Assembly: GCA_049997855.1 (NCBI GenBank)
Contig: JBEKSG010000004.1
Span: forward strand, 2,607 to 66,606
DNA length: 64,000 nucleotides
Source of the DNA: Minisyncoccia bacterium
Lineage (GTDB): Bacteria > Patescibacteriota > Minisyncoccia > Phycocordibacterales > SBAW01
Direction of reading: 5' to 3'
Under the pieces are notes generated by a model. The model was not told the origin of the DNA, ran no database searches, and saw only the letters and a program-made list of their open reading frames with translations. The position numbers were made by a program, and so were the translations under genes. Positions 49,664-59,484 of the stretch are shown in pieces (the stretch's first letter is position 1; every line of letters starts with the position of its first letter).

Positions 49664-51139
49664 ATGAGGCGTGCGCATTTATTTTTTGCATTAGTTGTTG
49701 CAGTGTCTTTTGTAGTGCCACACGCAAGTTTTGCGGCGGTTCGCTCGCTCTCGCTCGGCCTCTCGGGGAACGATGTTACCACCTTGCAACAAGAGCTCAT
49801 CTCGCAAGGCTATTTAACCACAGGCAGTGACACCGGTTACTACGGAGCGCTCACACAAACGGCTGTTGAAAAATTCCAATGCGCGCAACATATTATTTGT
49901 GCCGGCGCGAGCGTTTCCGGCTACGGTATCGCCGGTCCCAAAACGCAGGCGGCGCTCGCAACTATTGCCGCCGCTCCCGTACAGCCGAGTTCGGTTAATA
50001 CTGCCGCACTCACGCCAGCCGCCACCGGCAAATTTGAAGTCTCTGGATGGGTGCCCGACTGGCGCGCCGCATCGGGCACGCTCGATGTTGCGCCGCACCT
50101 CGGCCAAATGACCAGCGTAATGCCATTTGGCTACTCGATAACAAACCAGGGAGTGCTCTTTGACAGCGCCAATATATCGCAAGCGCCATGGCCCGCGTTT
50201 ATTGCACAGGCAAAAGCGCAAAAAGTGCGCGTGATACCAACGGTAATGTGGGGCAATGGCGCTGCCGAGCAAGCAATATTGAGCAACACCACCACGCGCA
50301 TCGCGCTTGAGGACCAGATAGCAAATATAGTTAAACAAAACGGCTTCGACGGCATCGATATCGACTTTGAGGCAAAAGAGGCCGACACGATAAATTATTT
50401 TTCCACTTTTCTTAAAGGTCTGTACGCGCGCATGGGCAACAAATGGGTGTACTGCACGGTCGAGGCTAGGGAGCCGCTTGAGGATAGGTACAGCCCCGGC
50501 GCAACTATCCCTCCCGATGCCACCGACTACGCCAACAATTACGCGGCGATGAACCAATACTGCGACCGTGTCGAGATTATGGCCTACGACCAAGGCACCA
50601 TCGATGTGCGGCTCGACGCCGCACGTTCGGCGCCCTATGCGCCGGTCGCCGACCCGGGTTGGGTGTCCGACATCGTCACCTTGGCGGCGCAATCAATCTC
50701 ACGAAATAAATTAATTGTCGGCATTCCCGACTATGGCTACGAGTACACCGTGACGCCGATCAACGGCTCCTTCCAATACGACGTGCAGTGGGCGTTTAAT
50801 CCGGCGTATGCCATGCAAATTGCGGCTGAGCTTGGCATTACGCCGCATCGCACCAGCGCCGATGAACTCGGATTTATTTATAGTCCGAACGTTTTGGCGG
50901 CTATAGCCCCCGCCGATGGCAACAGCACACAAACGCAGCAGTCGGCGCCCGCCAATGCCACCGTGCAAAATCAGGGAAGCCAAGTAAACACTTCGCAACC
51001 GTTTAACTACGTCACCTGGAGCGACGCGCAAGCCATCGCCGACAAAGTAGAGCTCGCGCATCAGCTTGGCGTGAGGGGAGTAGCAATCTTCAGCCTTGGA
51101 GGAGCCGAAGACCAAAATATGTGGAGCGTGTTGAAATAG
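49664..51139 (+). CDS. Secreted peptidoglycan-binding domain + glycoside hydrolase family 18 protein
   Basis: Signal peptide, PG_binding_1 repeat (LSLGLSGNDVTTLQQEL..YYGALTQTAVEKFQ), GH18 catalytic DGIDIDFE. Confidence 0.75.
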   Translation: MRRAHLFFALVVAVSFVVPHASFAAVRSLSLGLSGNDVTTLQQELISQGYLTTGSDTGYYGALTQTAVEKFQCAQHIICAGASVSGYGIAGPKTQAALATIAAAPVQPSSVNTAALTPAATGKFEVSGWVPDWRAASGTLDVAPHLGQMTSVMPFGYSITNQGVLFDSANISQAPWPAFIAQAKAQKVRVIPTVMWGNGAAEQAILSNTTTRIALEDQIANIVKQNGFDGIDIDFEAKEADTINYFSTFLKGLYARMGNKWVYCTVEAREPLEDRYSPGATIPPDATDYANNYAAMNQYCDRVEIMAYDQGTIDVRLDAARSAPYAPVADPGWVSDIVTLAAQSISRNKLIVGIPDYGYEYTVTPINGSFQYDVQWAFNPAYAMQIAAELGITPHRTSADELGFIYSPNVLAAIAPADGNSTQTQQSAPANATVQNQGSQVNTSQPFNYVTWSDAQAIADKVELAHQLGVRGVAIFSLGGAEDQNMWSVLK

Positions 51140-51205
51140 CATAGTAAATAGCAAAAATTTGTGTTACAATAAAAACCAGTTAAATAGTACAAACGAGGTT
51201 AAGTC

Positions 51206-51493
51206 ATGGAAGACATCAACTTGTCTGAGCTAAATTTATCCAAATTTAGCTTATATGGGATGACCCCGGACGAGCTCTTGGCGTTTGCTATTACCAGAAA
51301 GAAGTGCTACGACCTCTTGATGGCAAAACGTGCTGAGTTTGTTAGTTGTCCTATCAATACATGGATAATCGTATCGGAGAGTGGCAACTACACCCTCGGT
51401 AACGATGTCTTTGAAGCGAATGACAAATTCGAAGAACTATACCCTGATGATAGAGGCAAGCGCAGGAGTTTTTCTGTCGGTGACATTCAATGA
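51206..51493 (+). CDS. Hypothetical protein (95 aa)
   Basis: ORF with ATGA overlap to next gene. Confidence 0.3.
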   Translation: MEDINLSELNLSKFSLYGMTPDELLAFAITRKKCYDLLMAKRAEFVSCPINTWIIVSESGNYTLGNDVFEANDKFEELYPDDRGKRRSFSVGDIQ

Positions 51494-51891
51494 TTACCGG
51501 CTCGGTAGACGACTTGGGGCGCCCCTATGTACGAGTGGATGCCCCAGGTGGTTACTCCGTTCTCCTTCAAATAGATACTGGAGTAAACAGAAAACTCGTC
51601 ATCAATCGTAATGCAATCTATCTTCTGGAGCCTAATAATTCTACTGTATATGAAAGATCTTTTTCAGAAGTAGAATTGGCGGACTTTTCAAAAACGCAAA
51701 CTTTACGAGGCGCAGTAGAGTTGATCTGGTTTGGAAAGGTCGAAGTAATCGAAACGCTTATAACGGTACAAGTGCCTCGACACCCGCCTCATCCGGACCA
51801 ACCGGTAGGGCTCATTGGGACAGAATTGCTCAAGGATTGTCGACTTATAATCGATTTTCCACAGAGACTGGTTGAGATATACAGGAATTAA
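51490..51891 (+). CDS. Retropepsin-like aspartic protease (clan AA)
   Basis: Catalytic D-T-G (LQIDTGVNRKLV) with flanking hydrophobic-hydrophobic pattern. Confidence 0.5.
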   Translation: MITGSVDDLGRPYVRVDAPGGYSVLLQIDTGVNRKLVINRNAIYLLEPNNSTVYERSFSEVELADFSKTQTLRGAVELIWFGKVEVIETLITVQVPRHPPHPDQPVGLIGTELLKDCRLIIDFPQRLVEIYRN

Positions 51892-51902
51892 ATATCTCGT
51901 TG

Positions 51903-51932
51903 GCCCCGCGGAAACGCGGGGCTTTTTTATCC
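51903..51932 (+). terminator. Rho-independent terminator GCCCCGCG-gaaa-CGCGGGGC TTTTTT
   Basis: Read from sequence. Confidence 0.65.
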
Positions 51933-51974
51933 TGATATTGCAAAAAGGCGGAGTTTGTGTTAATATTTTAACAC

Positions 51975-53240
51975 ATGCCTACTAGCCACAATTCGAGCCA
52001 CAAGCCCTCAACTGGAGCCAAATTTGCCCGTAAACCTTTTAAGCGCTTTGGCGTATCCAAAGGCGGCCGCCCGTATAGCCGTTTTAACGGCGTCAAAACC
52101 GGCGGATATAAAAAAAGCAGCAAGTTTAAGCAGGCTGTTTTTAGCGACATTTCGCGCTTTGTAAACAAAGCGGTCATCACCGAGGCGGTTGAGCATTTTG
52201 TGCCCGAGCATCAGTTTGTCGATTTTGCCATCGAAGATTCGCTTAAAAAAAATATCGCAGGCAAGGGTTATGCAACACCAACGCCGATACAAGACCGCTC
52301 GATACCGCACATCCTCCGCGGCCAGGATGTAGTGGGCATCGCCAACACCGGCACCGGCAAAACAGCCGCATTTCTTATCCCGCTCATCAACAAAGTGCTC
52401 AAAGACCGCAATCAACGGATTTTAATCATGGTGCCCACGCGCGAGCTCGCCACGCAAATCGGCGATGAGCTCCGCGGCTTTACGCCGGGCTTGGCGCTAC
52501 GCGCGGCTATTTGCGTCGGCGGCGCATCCATTTTTAATCAAATGCAGGATTTGCGCCGCAAGCCCAACTTTGTCATCGGCACGCCGGGGCGTCTTAAAGA
52601 TTTGCTCGAACGCAAAACATTGGTGCTCTCAAGTTTTGCCACCGTGGTGCTCGACGAAGCCGACCGGATGCTCGATATGGGCTTTATCAACGACATGCGC
52701 ATCATTTTGGCGCAGCTCACCACGCCACGCCACACGCTCTTTTTTTGCGCGACGCTCTCAAACGAGATAGAGGTACTCATCAAAAACTTTCTCACCGAGC
52801 CGGTGCGCATCTCGGTTAAGACGGGCGACACTGCTAAAAATGTCGATCAAGATATTATCCGTGTGCCTGCACACGGTAATAAAATAGACGTACTGGTTGA
52901 TTTGCTTAAGAAATCTGAATTTAATAAAGTATTAGTCTTTGGGCGCACTAAGCACGGCGTCGAGAAGCTCGCCAAAACGCTCGATGCAAAAGGTTTCAAG
53001 GCCGACTCCATCCACGGCAACAAAACACAAAGCCGCCGCCAAAAAGCGCTCGACCTCTTTAAAAAAGGGTACACCAAGGTGCTGGTAGCCACCGACGTTG
53101 CCGCGCGCGGCCTCGACATCAGCGATGTCTCTCACGTCATCAACTATGAGCTGCCCGCGACGCACGATGACTACGTGCATCGCATCGGCCGTACCGGCCG
53201 CGCGGGCAAAAAGGGCATCGCGCTCACGTTTGTCGAATAA
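51975..53240 (+). CDS. DEAD-box ATP-dependent RNA helicase
   Basis: Q-motif, Walker A TGTGKT, DEAD, SAT, HRIGRTGR motifs. Confidence 0.9.
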   Translation: MPTSHNSSHKPSTGAKFARKPFKRFGVSKGGRPYSRFNGVKTGGYKKSSKFKQAVFSDISRFVNKAVITEAVEHFVPEHQFVDFAIEDSLKKNIAGKGYATPTPIQDRSIPHILRGQDVVGIANTGTGKTAAFLIPLINKVLKDRNQRILIMVPTRELATQIGDELRGFTPGLALRAAICVGGASIFNQMQDLRRKPNFVIGTPGRLKDLLERKTLVLSSFATVVLDEADRMLDMGFINDMRIILAQLTTPRHTLFFCATLSNEIEVLIKNFLTEPVRISVKTGDTAKNVDQDIIRVPAHGNKIDVLVDLLKKSEFNKVLVFGRTKHGVEKLAKTLDAKGFKADSIHGNKTQSRRQKALDLFKKGYTKVLVATDVAARGLDISDVSHVINYELPATHDDYVHRIGRTGRAGKKGIALTFVE

Positions 53241-53244
53241 CACT

Positions 53245-53445
53245 ATGGCAAAAAAAGATTCAAAAGAAGATTTGCAGCACAAATATGTGCAAACCCAAGG
53301 CCCAACCAAGACCTTCCAAAAAAACGGCCACTGGGTAGAGAAAAAGAGTGTCACGCCTATTGTGGTGTGCGAGTGCGGCAACCGCTATCTCAAAACGCGC
53401 CCCAACCAAAAAGTGTGCCTGCGCTGTTTAAGCGCAATTAAATAG
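53245..53445 (+). CDS. Small zinc-ribbon protein (67 aa)
   Basis: CECG..CLRC pair; ATG 53245 just after helicase stop. Confidence 0.35.
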   Translation: MAKKDSKEDLQHKYVQTQGPTKTFQKNGHWVEKKSVTPIVVCECGNRYLKTRPNQKVCLRCLSAIK

Positions 53446-53468
53446 CAAATCTGCTACACTGGTGTGAT

Positions 53469-54086
53469 ATGGACTATCACACGCTTGCAAACAAAGAGTC
53501 TATTGCAAAAACAGCCCCGGCTCTTACGGCAAACGGCATCGAGACCGTGGTGGTAGGCACCAAAGAGGCAGCACTCGAAGAAATTAAAAAATTGATACCG
53601 CAAGGCGCCAGTGTCATGAACGGCTCCTCGCGCACGCTCGAAGAGATAGGCTACATCAGTCTACTGCAAAGTGGCGCGCATGGATGGAACAATCTGCACG
53701 CTGCTATTTTGGCCGAAACTGACAAGACAAAACAAGCCGCGCTCCGCCGGCAGGCGGTATTTTCCGACTTTTACCTCGGCAGTGTGCACGCCATTACCGA
53801 AGGCGGCGAGTTGCTTGTTGCCTCCGGCTCGGGCAGCCAATTGCCCGCGCTCGCCTTTACCGCAAAAAATATTATTATCGTTGCCGGCGCGCAAAAAATC
53901 GTGCCGACGCTCGCGGACGCGTTTAGCCGCCTCAACACCTACGTGTATCCGCTTGAGGACAAACGCATGAAGGACGCGGGGCAGGGAGGCAGTACTATTG
54001 CCAAAATACTTATTGTTGCCAAAGAACCTGCATGGATGGGCCGCACCGTGCGCCTCATCTTGGTTAACGAGCCGCTCGGCTTCTAA
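53469..54086 (+). CDS. LUD-domain (LutC/YkgG-like) protein
   Basis: AITEGGELLVASGSGSQ..IIIVAGAQKIVP pattern typical of LUD domain. Confidence 0.5.
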   Translation: MDYHTLANKESIAKTAPALTANGIETVVVGTKEAALEEIKKLIPQGASVMNGSSRTLEEIGYISLLQSGAHGWNNLHAAILAETDKTKQAALRRQAVFSDFYLGSVHAITEGGELLVASGSGSQLPALAFTAKNIIIVAGAQKIVPTLADAFSRLNTYVYPLEDKRMKDAGQGGSTIAKILIVAKEPAWMGRTVRLILVNEPLGF

Positions 54087-54176
54087 CGGTTATTTTCTGG
54101 CGATAACACAGGTGGATAACTCCACTTGCTTTATTTTCTACAGTACCTTAGTATAGCAAGGTAGCTATATAATAAT

Positions 54177-54512
54177 ATGACGTCACAACACACCGGAGAG
54201 GATAAACTTGCTCCTTTGCGCAAAGGACTCCTTGAACTCGCCGTGCTCAAGGTTATTTCGGGTCGTGCGGTATACGCGGCCGACATTTTAGAGCGTCTCC
54301 ATGACACGCCGCTTAAAACCCAGGAGGGGACACTGTACCCGCTCCTCTCCAAGTTGCGCCGCGAGGGGCTGGTCACCTACGAGTGGGAAGAGTCGGCAGC
54401 GGGGCCGCCGCGCAAGTATTACTCGCTCACCAAAGGTGGCGAGGACACACTCAAAGAACTCTCTCATTATTTAAAAACATTACAAGCAAGCATTAACAAT
54501 TTAGCCAAATAA
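54177..54512 (+). CDS. PadR-family transcriptional regulator
   Basis: Winged-HTH motif LLELAVLKVIS..Y..DILERL..GTLYPLLSKLRREGLV. Confidence 0.8.
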   Translation: MTSQHTGEDKLAPLRKGLLELAVLKVISGRAVYAADILERLHDTPLKTQEGTLYPLLSKLRREGLVTYEWEESAAGPPRKYYSLTKGGEDTLKELSHYLKTLQASINNLAK

Positions 54513-54513
54513 C

Positions 54514-55398
54514 ATGAACAAGGTAGTGACAATACATTTAGATGGGATAGCGTACAGCCTCGAAGAGGGTGCTTACGATGCGCTTCGCGCGTACCTCGAT
54601 GCCGCCGAGGTCACACTCTCGCAAAATCCCGACAAGGACGAAATAATTAGAGACCTAGAGCAAGCTATCGGGACAAAACTGAGCGCGTATTTAAACGCAC
54701 ACAAAAATGTCGTAATCCAGTCTGATATAGACGCCGTGCTTGCCGAGATGGGCCCTGTCGCGGCCGAAGGAGATACGTATCCCGAAGGCGATGCTGAAAA
54801 AACAGCCAACGCAGCGCCCGCGCCCAAACAGCTCTACCGCCTTAAACAAAATGGCGTGCTATTTGGCGTGTGCGCCGGCCTCGCCGCATACTTCGGCGTC
54901 GATGTTGCGCTCGTGCGTTTTATTTTTATTATCCTCACCTTTATTACCGGCGGCGGCTTTGCGATTGTATATGTGCTTGCGGTGATATTTATCCCCGAAG
55001 CACACACGTCGGCAGAGCAGGCCGAAGCCTATGGTACGGCGCCGCTTACCGCGCAAGATTTAGTCAATCGCGCCAAAGAGGGCTTTAATCAATTTGCAAA
55101 TTCCGAGCAATGGCACACATGGAAACAGCAGATGCGCCAACAACGAAAGCAGTGGAGACAGGAGCGCCGGGCATACCGGCATATGCATCGCGGCTATACA
55201 TGGCACGACCATCCGCGGGGTTTTTTAACCGAACTCAATGAGTTTATCTGGAGCATGTTTAGCCTCGTTGTTTTGGTGTTCTTTATTTGGATTCTCTACC
55301 ATCATATATCCTTGGTACATCAATTTTTAGACAACCTTAAAACGTTGTGGGATCGCTTTATTTACGCGCTTGCGCAAGTCATAAGCAATCACCGTTAA
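54514..55398 (+). CDS. PspC-domain membrane protein
   Basis: PspC motif LYRLKQNGVLFGVCAGLAAYFGVDVALVRFIFII; directly downstream of PadR (common pairing). Confidence 0.7.
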   Translation: MNKVVTIHLDGIAYSLEEGAYDALRAYLDAAEVTLSQNPDKDEIIRDLEQAIGTKLSAYLNAHKNVVIQSDIDAVLAEMGPVAAEGDTYPEGDAEKTANAAPAPKQLYRLKQNGVLFGVCAGLAAYFGVDVALVRFIFIILTFITGGGFAIVYVLAVIFIPEAHTSAEQAEAYGTAPLTAQDLVNRAKEGFNQFANSEQWHTWKQQMRQQRKQWRQERRAYRHMHRGYTWHDHPRGFLTELNEFIWSMFSLVVLVFFIWILYHHISLVHQFLDNLKTLWDRFIYALAQVISNHR

Positions 55399-55438
55399 CA
55401 ATACTTGTTTCTTCGTGAAGATGCGTTAGTATCAAGCC

Positions 55439-56410
55439 ATGCAAAAAGGCAAAGTTACCGGCGTGTTATTGATTGTCGTTATCGTCCTTATCGGTGTGTT
55501 TTTGTGGTACAACCGCAGTGCCTCGTGGTTTGTGCCGTTTCTCGGTTCAAATAAGACATCAACCGAGCAGCAAGAGACCGCAAAAGTAACCTACGCGTGC
55601 GATGCGAACAAAACGATAGTTGCCACGTATTATTCCGGCCCATCGCTCCCCGTGCCTGTCGGCTCCACCATGCCGCCCGCGCCAAACGGCAGCGTGGCGC
55701 TCACGCTCGGCGATGGCCGCGCGATGACCTTGCCGCAAACAATATCCGGCTCGGGCATCCGCTATGCCAATGCCGACGAATCACTGGTGTTTTGGAGCAA
55801 AGGCAACACCGCGTTTATCACCGAAGGCCTGCCTGCGCAGGCAGGTGTCGCCACCAGCTCGGTACAGACGTTTGCCAACTGTGTTGTGTTGAGCGACATA
55901 AGCGGCCAGGATAGTTGGAACTTTTTTGCCTCCTCGACGCTCGGCTACTCGATTAAATATCCGCAAGGGTACACCATGACCGCGCCCTACGACTATCAAG
56001 AGCTCGGTCCCGGCAAAGATATTGCGGGTGTTAAATTTACTATCGACCCTGCTATTGCCACAGGCACCAATCTTTCGCGCGACAGCTATGTGAGCGTCGA
56101 GCAATTGCCAAACGACGCAGCCGACTGCACAGCCGGTCTCTTTTTAGACGATCAACACATAAGCACCAGCACGCTTACCGACAACGGCGTCACCTACTCG
56201 GTGGCGGTGAGCAACGGCGCGGGCGCAGGCAATCTCTACAGCGAAACAGTGTATGCCATACCGGGCTCAAGCGCGTGTACCGCGGTGCGGTACTTTATTC
56301 ACTCGTCAGAGATAGGCAACTATCCGCCGGGCATGGTGGTGGCGTTCGATAAACAAACACTGCTCAATCAGTTTGACGCCATCCGCCGCTCGCTCGTACT
56401 TGCAAGGTAA
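55439..56410 (+). CDS. Membrane-anchored MliC-domain protein with C-terminal extra domain; palindrome-encoded LPAQAG linker
   Basis: YACDANKTIVATYY..LTLGDGRAMTLPQTISGSGIRYANADESLVFWSKGNTAFI matches MliC lysozyme-inhibitor fold. Confidence 0.5.
   Translation: MQKGKVTGVLLIVVIVLIGVFLWYNRSASWFVPFLGSNKTSTEQQETAKVTYACDANKTIVATYYSGPSLPVPVGSTMPPAPNGSVALTLGDGRAMTLPQTISGSGIRYANADESLVFWSKGNTAFITEGLPAQAGVATSSVQTFANCVVLSDISGQDSWNFFASSTLGYSIKYPQGYTMTAPYDYQELGPGKDIAGVKFTIDPAIATGTNLSRDSYVSVEQLPNDAADCTAGLFLDDQHISTSTLTDNGVTYSVAVSNGAGAGNLYSETVYAIPGSSACTAVRYFIHSSEIGNYPPGMVVAFDKQTLLNQFDAIRRSLVLAR
55828..55845. repeat. Palindromic repeat copy 7 (CCTGCCTGCGCAGGCAGG) in MliC-domain protein, encodes GLPAQAG
   Basis: Read from sequence. 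Confidence 0.9.
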
Positions 56411-56523
56411 AAAGCAAAAACGAAAACGTTCTTTCTTCCGGAGAGATGAACGGGACCCCAACTCCTCCAGAAAGAAGTTTCCGTTTTTGCTTCCGGCTAC
56501 TTGATAAGGTAGCATGAGTCTCT

Positions 56524-58149
56524 ATGACTCAGACGCAGGCTTTAGCGATACTCAAAACGGGCGCAAATGTTTTTTTAACCGGCGAGCCGGGCTCGGGCAA
56601 GTCGCACACCGTCAACGAGTTTACAGGGTGGCTCCGTTCGCGGGGCATCGAGCCCGCCATCACCGCATCCACCGGCATTGCCGCCACGCACATCGGCGGC
56701 CTTACCATCCACTCGTGGGCGGGCATCGGCATCAAGCGGCGCCTAAGCCAATATGACTTGGACCGCATTGCCTCGACCGAGCACGTGGTCAAGCGCATGC
56801 GCCGCACCAAAATTTTAATTATCGACGAAGTTTCGATGCTCTCACCGGATACGCTCTCGATGGTTGATGCCGTATGCCGCGAGGTGTTGGGCAGCGCCCA
56901 AGCGTTTGGCGGCTTGCAGGTGGTGTTTGTCGGCGACTTTTTCCAACTGCCGCCTATCATCGCGCGCGACGCCGAGCCCGAGGTTGATGAGGATGGCATG
57001 TTTCAAGTCGGCGCTGAAGTGCCGCGCTTTGCCTACTCCTCGCAGGCATGGAAGCGCGCCAACCCGGTCGCGTGTTACTTAACCGAGCAACATCGTCAGG
57101 AGAGCGGCGCGTTTCTCGGCGTGCTTTCGGCAATCCGCCGCAATCAGTTTGGTGAGAAACACATGGAGCATATCGCGTCGCGCAAAATCGGGAGAGACAA
57201 GGCACCTGCCCAGGCACCCAAACTCTACTCGCACAACGCCGACGTCGACAAAATCAACGACGACACGCTCGGCAGTCTCGAGGGCTCGCCAAAAAGTTTT
57301 GTGATGGAAGGGCGCGGCACGCCGGCGATTGTCAAAGCGCTCAAAAAATCGTGCCTCTCGCCCGAAGCATTGTTTTTAAAACTCAATGCTTCGGTCATGT
57401 TTACCAAAAATAATCCCAAAGAGGGTTTTGTAAATGGCACGCTTGGATTAGTTACCGGTTTTAGTTCATACAACAATTATCCGATGGTAAAAACGCGCGA
57501 AGGCCGCACTATTTTGGTAGAGCCGATGGAATGGAGCATCGAGGAGGGCGGCGTCGTGCGCGGGAGCATCAGCCAGTTGCCATTGCGTCTCGCGTGGGCA
57601 ATCACCGTGCACAAAAGCCAGGGGCTATCGCTCGACGAAGCCGTGATGGACCTAAGCCGGGTATTTGAGTACGGCCAGGGCTACGTGGCGCTCTCGCGCG
57701 TGCGCAGCCTGGAGGGGCTCTACCTCTTGGGATGGAATCGCCGCACGTTTGAGGTGCACCCGGAGGTGCTTGCCAAAGACGAGCAGTTTAGAGAGGCGAG
57801 CGAGGAAGCCTCGATTGCGTTTGATAAAATCCCGCGCGGCGATCTGCAAAAAATGCACAACAACTTTTTGATTGCGTGCGGTGGTACATTAGAAACAGCA
57901 ACGCCCGCCAAGGCTGCCTTGGCGGGCAATAAAATCCAAGAGCGCACTCAGCAAGTGGGGCGGCTTGCGGAGATTAGAGAAAAGCATCCTAATGCCTATC
58001 GGCCGTGGAGCGAGGATGACGACGACAAATTAAAAGATATGTACGAGAGCGGCAGCACACCGGCACAACTCCAAAAAACCTTCGGTCGCCAGCGCGGCTC
58101 CATCCACGCCCGCCTCATCAAGCTTGGATTAATCGAGGATACGCAGTAA
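56524..58149 (+). CDS. PIF1/RecD-like SF1 DNA helicase with C-terminal HTH
   Basis: Walker A GEPGSGKSH, AAA_30-type motifs, SF1 motif VI region, C-terminal HTH (STPAQLQKTFGRQRGSIHARLIKLGL). Confidence 0.8.
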   Translation: MTQTQALAILKTGANVFLTGEPGSGKSHTVNEFTGWLRSRGIEPAITASTGIAATHIGGLTIHSWAGIGIKRRLSQYDLDRIASTEHVVKRMRRTKILIIDEVSMLSPDTLSMVDAVCREVLGSAQAFGGLQVVFVGDFFQLPPIIARDAEPEVDEDGMFQVGAEVPRFAYSSQAWKRANPVACYLTEQHRQESGAFLGVLSAIRRNQFGEKHMEHIASRKIGRDKAPAQAPKLYSHNADVDKINDDTLGSLEGSPKSFVMEGRGTPAIVKALKKSCLSPEALFLKLNASVMFTKNNPKEGFVNGTLGLVTGFSSYNNYPMVKTREGRTILVEPMEWSIEEGGVVRGSISQLPLRLAWAITVHKSQGLSLDEAVMDLSRVFEYGQGYVALSRVRSLEGLYLLGWNRRTFEVHPEVLAKDEQFREASEEASIAFDKIPRGDLQKMHNNFLIACGGTLETATPAKAALAGNKIQERTQQVGRLAEIREKHPNAYRPWSEDDDDKLKDMYESGSTPAQLQKTFGRQRGSIHARLIKLGLIEDTQ

Positions 58150-58175
58150 AATTATAAAGCTACACTATATTACAG

Positions 58176-58320
58176 ATGATTAAAAAGATAAAAAGCAAAT
58201 ACGTGGTGCTGTCCGAAAAAGGCGACCGCTCCTTTGGTACCTACAAAACTCTTGCCGAAGCCAAAAAGCGCCTGGGGCAAGTTGAGTTTTTTAAACATAG
58301 AGCAGCCAAAAAGGGAAGAT
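58176..58320 (+). CDS. Small basic protein (48 aa, MIKKIKSKYVVLSEKGDRSFGTYKTLAEAKKRLGQVEFFKHRAAKKGR)
   Basis: ORF below track threshold; speculative. Confidence 0.2.
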
Positions 58321-58353
58321 AGTAATATTCCTCATATTTGGTAGGCTTGGGCC

Positions 58354-58965
58354 GTGAATCCGGATGAAATAAAGACATTTTTGGAATCTTTTAAGGACAG
58401 GGCAGCACGAACAATTGTTGTGGTGGATTTCGGAAATGTAGATAAGTGGGAAAAGAATCTTGGCTGGCGGATAGGCCTTCAAGAGCTCGGACGATTAGTT
58501 AAGCATTTTGCACAAGGAAATAAATCATTGCGACGCTTTTATTACGGTTCAGATTATGGTCCTAAAGAGTATTCAACATCGCTTTCACTCTGGTCAGGAA
58601 GTATTCTAAATCGTGCGGAAATGAATCGGTTTGAAGTAATAACTAAGCCTGTAAAATATATCCACGACACGTCAAAGTCCGGCGGGTATGAAAAGAAGTG
58701 CGACTTTGATGTTGAAATGGCGGTTGATCTAGTTCGTATGAGAAATGATTACGACGATATTGTTTTGTTTTCTGGTGATGGAGATTTAGTATATGCGCTT
58801 CGCTATTTAAAAGATGCTTTTGGAAAGACTTCACACGTATTTAGTGCTCGTGGTCACGTAGGTCGGGAAGTGGTTGATGCTGCCAAAGACGGTGTGATTA
58901 AGCGACTTTTATATGCTGACGATTTTCGTTACCGATTAGATATGACTCGCTTCCATAAACACTAA
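58354..58965 (+). CDS. NYN/LabA-like (PIN-fold RNase) domain protein, GTG start
   Basis: VVVDFGNV, DFDVEMAVDL, VLFSGDGDL acidic motifs of NYN domain. Confidence 0.65.
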   Translation: MNPDEIKTFLESFKDRAARTIVVVDFGNVDKWEKNLGWRIGLQELGRLVKHFAQGNKSLRRFYYGSDYGPKEYSTSLSLWSGSILNRAEMNRFEVITKPVKYIHDTSKSGGYEKKCDFDVEMAVDLVRMRNDYDDIVLFSGDGDLVYALRYLKDAFGKTSHVFSARGHVGREVVDAAKDGVIKRLLYADDFRYRLDMTRFHKH

Positions 58966-59118
58966 AATTTCAAAGGCCCGCCCCTTTCGAGGCAGGCCTT
59001 GATCAAAGTCCGGTAGGGGTTACCTACAAGGCCCACTATACCCATATTCAGATTAAAAATCAATGAGGTGTTGAGAACTCTAAAAAGATAAGCAGTATAT
59101 GGCTAAAATCCCTCATAT

Positions 59119-59484
59119 TTGATAAGCTTGAATCATATGGCTGATCTTCAAGATTTGATAAAACTAGTTAGAGAATTTAGAGACGCACGTGATTGGAAGC
59201 AATTTCATAATCCTAAAGATTCGGCAATTTCTCTTACTCTCGAAGCTACAGAAGTTTTGGAACATTTCCAGTGGAAAAATAAGGAGGAAATGGAGAAATA
59301 TATTAAGTCTAATAAAGCAGACATAGCTGAAGAATTGGCGGACGTGCTCTATTGGGTTTTTCTTATGGGTAATGATTTAGATATTGATCTTTCTGAAGCG
59401 TTTATTAAAAAGTTAAAAAAGAACGGAGAAAAATACCCTATAGATAAGGCAAAAGGGAACCATACGAAGTACAATAAACTATGA
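59119..59484 (+). CDS. MazG-like nucleoside triphosphate pyrophosphohydrolase (start TTG 59128 or ATG 59137)
   Basis: All-alpha NTP-PPase motif (LQDLIKLVREFRDARDWKQFHNPKDSAISLTLEATEVLEHFQW, EELADVLYW); ATGA overlap with downstream gene. Confidence 0.65.
   Translation: MISLNHMADLQDLIKLVREFRDARDWKQFHNPKDSAISLTLEATEVLEHFQWKNKEEMEKYIKSNKADIAEELADVLYWVFLMGNDLDIDLSEAFIKKLKKNGEKYPIDKAKGNHTKYNKL

Noticed and set aside
53741-53754. CCGCCGGCAGGCGG as another member of the palindrome family
   Set aside because: It is not a perfect palindrome and lacks the CCTGCCTGC half-site. Only its GCCGGCAGGC core resembles the family.
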